The position numbers and the translations under genes were made by a program. DNA of 61,796 nucleotides from Eubacteriales bacterium (GTDB lineage: Bacteria; Bacillota; Clostridia; Oscillospirales; CAG-272): positions 1 through 61,796 of the forward strand of contig JBNRMS010000011.1 in NCBI GenBank assembly GCA_050309735.1, given 5' to 3'. Of the stretch, positions 60,362-61,796 are shown piece by piece. Each line of letters begins with the position of its first letter. Positions within the stretch are counted from its first letter, which is position 1. Below the pieces are notes generated by a model. The model saw nothing but the letters and a program-made list of their open reading frames with translations. It ran no database searches and was not told where the DNA came from.

Positions 60362-61033
60362 TTACTTGGAATAAAACTCGACGATAAGCTGCTCGTTGAT
60401 GTCAATATCGATGTCGTCCCTTGTAGGAAGCGAAAGAACCTTTGCCGTAACCTTTTCTTTGTCGGTCACAAGCCATTTCGGAACGGTTGCGCTGCGGAAG
60501 TTATCCACAAGCCCGGCGTCCTTGTATTCCTTTTCATCGACAATCTTCTTAGTGCCGAGATACTTCTTTGATGTCTTAAATTTTTCGGTAACCGAGATAA
60601 CGTCTCCCGCCTTCACAAGGATAGAGGGGATGTTTGCCTTTTTTCCGTTAAGAAGGAAGTGCCCATGCAGAACAAGCTGTCTTGCTTCCTTGCGGGAGGA
60701 TGCCATTCCCATTCTGTAAACCACATTGTCAAGACGGCGCTCAAGTGTGATGAGCAGGTTTATGCCAGCCATACCCTTCTGACGGGCGGCTTTTTCAAAG
60801 TAGGTAGCGAACTGTCTTTCGAGCACTCCGTAGTACCTTCTTGTCTTTTGCTTCTCGCGCAGGTGCCTGCCATACTCCTTCTGCTTCTTCTGTGCTGCGC
60901 CGTGCTGACCGGGAGCCGAGGAGCCGTGCTTTGTTTCGAGGGTGCATTTCGAGGTGCAGCGGTCTCCCTTGAGAAAGAGTTTTACGCCTTCCCTGCGGCA
61001 GATTTTGCACACGGGGCCTGTATATCTTGCCAT
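60362..61033 (-). CDS. rpsD: 30S ribosomal protein S4 (zinc-binding type)
   Basis: [41 protein letters not shown]. Confidence 0.98.
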   Translation of the reverse strand: MARYTGPVCKICRREGVKLFLKGDRCTSKCTLETKHGSSAPGQHGAAQKKQKEYGRHLREKQKTRRYYGVLERQFATYFEKAARQKGMAGINLLITLERRLDNVVYRMGMASSRKEARQLVLHGHFLLNGKKANIPSILVKAGDVISVTEKFKTSKKYLGTKKIVDEKEYKDAGLVDNFRSATVPKWLVTDKEKVTAKVLSLPTRDDIDIDINEQLIVEFYSK

Positions 61034-61056
61034 TCTTTAATTCCTCCGAATAATGA

Positions 61057-61458
61057 TTAAACGCGTCTGCGTTTGGGCGGTCTGCATCCGTTGTGAGGTA
61101 TCGGTGTTACGTCCTTGATCATGGTGATCTGGAGCCCTACCGTCTCAAGCGCGCGGATAGCCGATTCTCTCCCCGAACCGGGACCTCTGACATATACTTC
61201 GACCGATTTAAGTCCATGCTCAAGCGCTGCTCTTGCCGCCGCCTCCGACGCCGACTGAGCCGCGAAGGGTGTGGACTTTCTCGAGCCCTTGAAGCCGAGC
61301 TCACCGGCCGACGCCCAGGAAATCGCGTTTCCGTTTTTGTCGGTTATAGTGACTATTGTGTTGTTGAAGGTTGCGCGGACGTGGACTGCTCCCTCGGAAA
61401 TATTCTTTTTCTCGCGGCGCTTCCTTGCTGCCTTCTTTGATGCAGAAACATTTGCCAT
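61057..61458 (-). CDS. rpsK: 30S ribosomal protein S11
   Basis: [43 protein letters not shown]. Confidence 0.99.
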   Translation of the reverse strand: MANVSASKKAARKRREKKNISEGAVHVRATFNNTIVTITDKNGNAISWASAGELGFKGSRKSTPFAAQSASEAAARAALEHGLKSVEVYVRGPGSGRESAIRALETVGLQITMIKDVTPIPHNGCRPPKRRRV

Positions 61459-61473
61459 GCTTATGCCACTCCT

Positions 61474-61796
61474 TTACTTCTTCTTGTTCGCGATTGTTTT
61501 CGCGGGGCCTTTTCTTGTTCTCGCGTTTGTCTTGGTTCTCTGACCTCTTACCGGGAGACCTTTTCTGTGTCTTATCCCGCGGTAGCAGTTAATCTCAACC
61601 AAACGCTTGATATTCATCGCAACCTCGCGGCGAAGATCACCCTCGACATGATAGTTCGATTCGATTTCGTCACGGAGCTTTGCCACTTCCTCCTCGGTCA
61701 GATCCTTTGCGCGTGTGTCGGGGTTAATCCCGGTAGCTGCAAGGATATCGTTGGCAGTCTTGCGGCCGATACCATATATATAGGTAAGGGCTATTT
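61474..61796 (-). CDS. rpsM: 30S ribosomal protein S13 (5' end outside the window)
   Basis: [10 protein letters not shown]..., [35 protein letters not shown]. Confidence 0.98.
   Translation of the reverse strand, partial: IALTYIYGIGRKTANDILAATGINPDTRAKDLTEEEVAKLRDEIESNYHVEGDLRREVAMNIKRLVEINCYRGIRHRKGLPVRGQRTKTNARTRKGPAKTIANKKK

Overview
Chromosomal segment of a spore-forming Clostridia-type bacterium (sigG, SASP, sleC-like, yqfC/yqfD, ylbJ, dacF). Bases 1-~6750 are the right end of a defence island. It holds a headless Eco57I-like N6-adenine methyltransferase C-terminal half that begins exactly at its FDVIIGNPPY motif, a coupled GIY-YIG/T5orf172-SF2 helicase restriction subunit, and a type I Thoeris system (thsA SIR2-SLOG plus two TIR thsB genes). 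The rest is mostly housekeeping, mainly on the minus strand: pgi, sugar salvage genes, rplS with its L19 leader, two tRNAs, clpC, a Xer-type recombinase, three MutS-family genes, glyQS, tldD/pmbA, tgt, mutL, miaB, prs, recO-era-ybeY-phoH and the rpsM-rpsK-rpsD-rpoA-rplQ operon. The most interesting unexplained signals are: (i) the start-less methyltransferase specificity cassette, a possible recombination-switched R-M system; (ii) a 3 x 88-bp structured tandem array with compensatory base changes between the Xer gene and a MutS-domain ATPase, plus a degenerate solo copy 11 kb away; (iii) a duplicated two-hairpin leader ending in the RBS, found on both sides of tgt; (iv) a SleC-like protein lacking its expected catalytic Glu; (v) a 14-bp hairpin occluding the RBS of a sigG gene that is not next to sigE. 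All calls come from reading motifs by eye; no searches were run.
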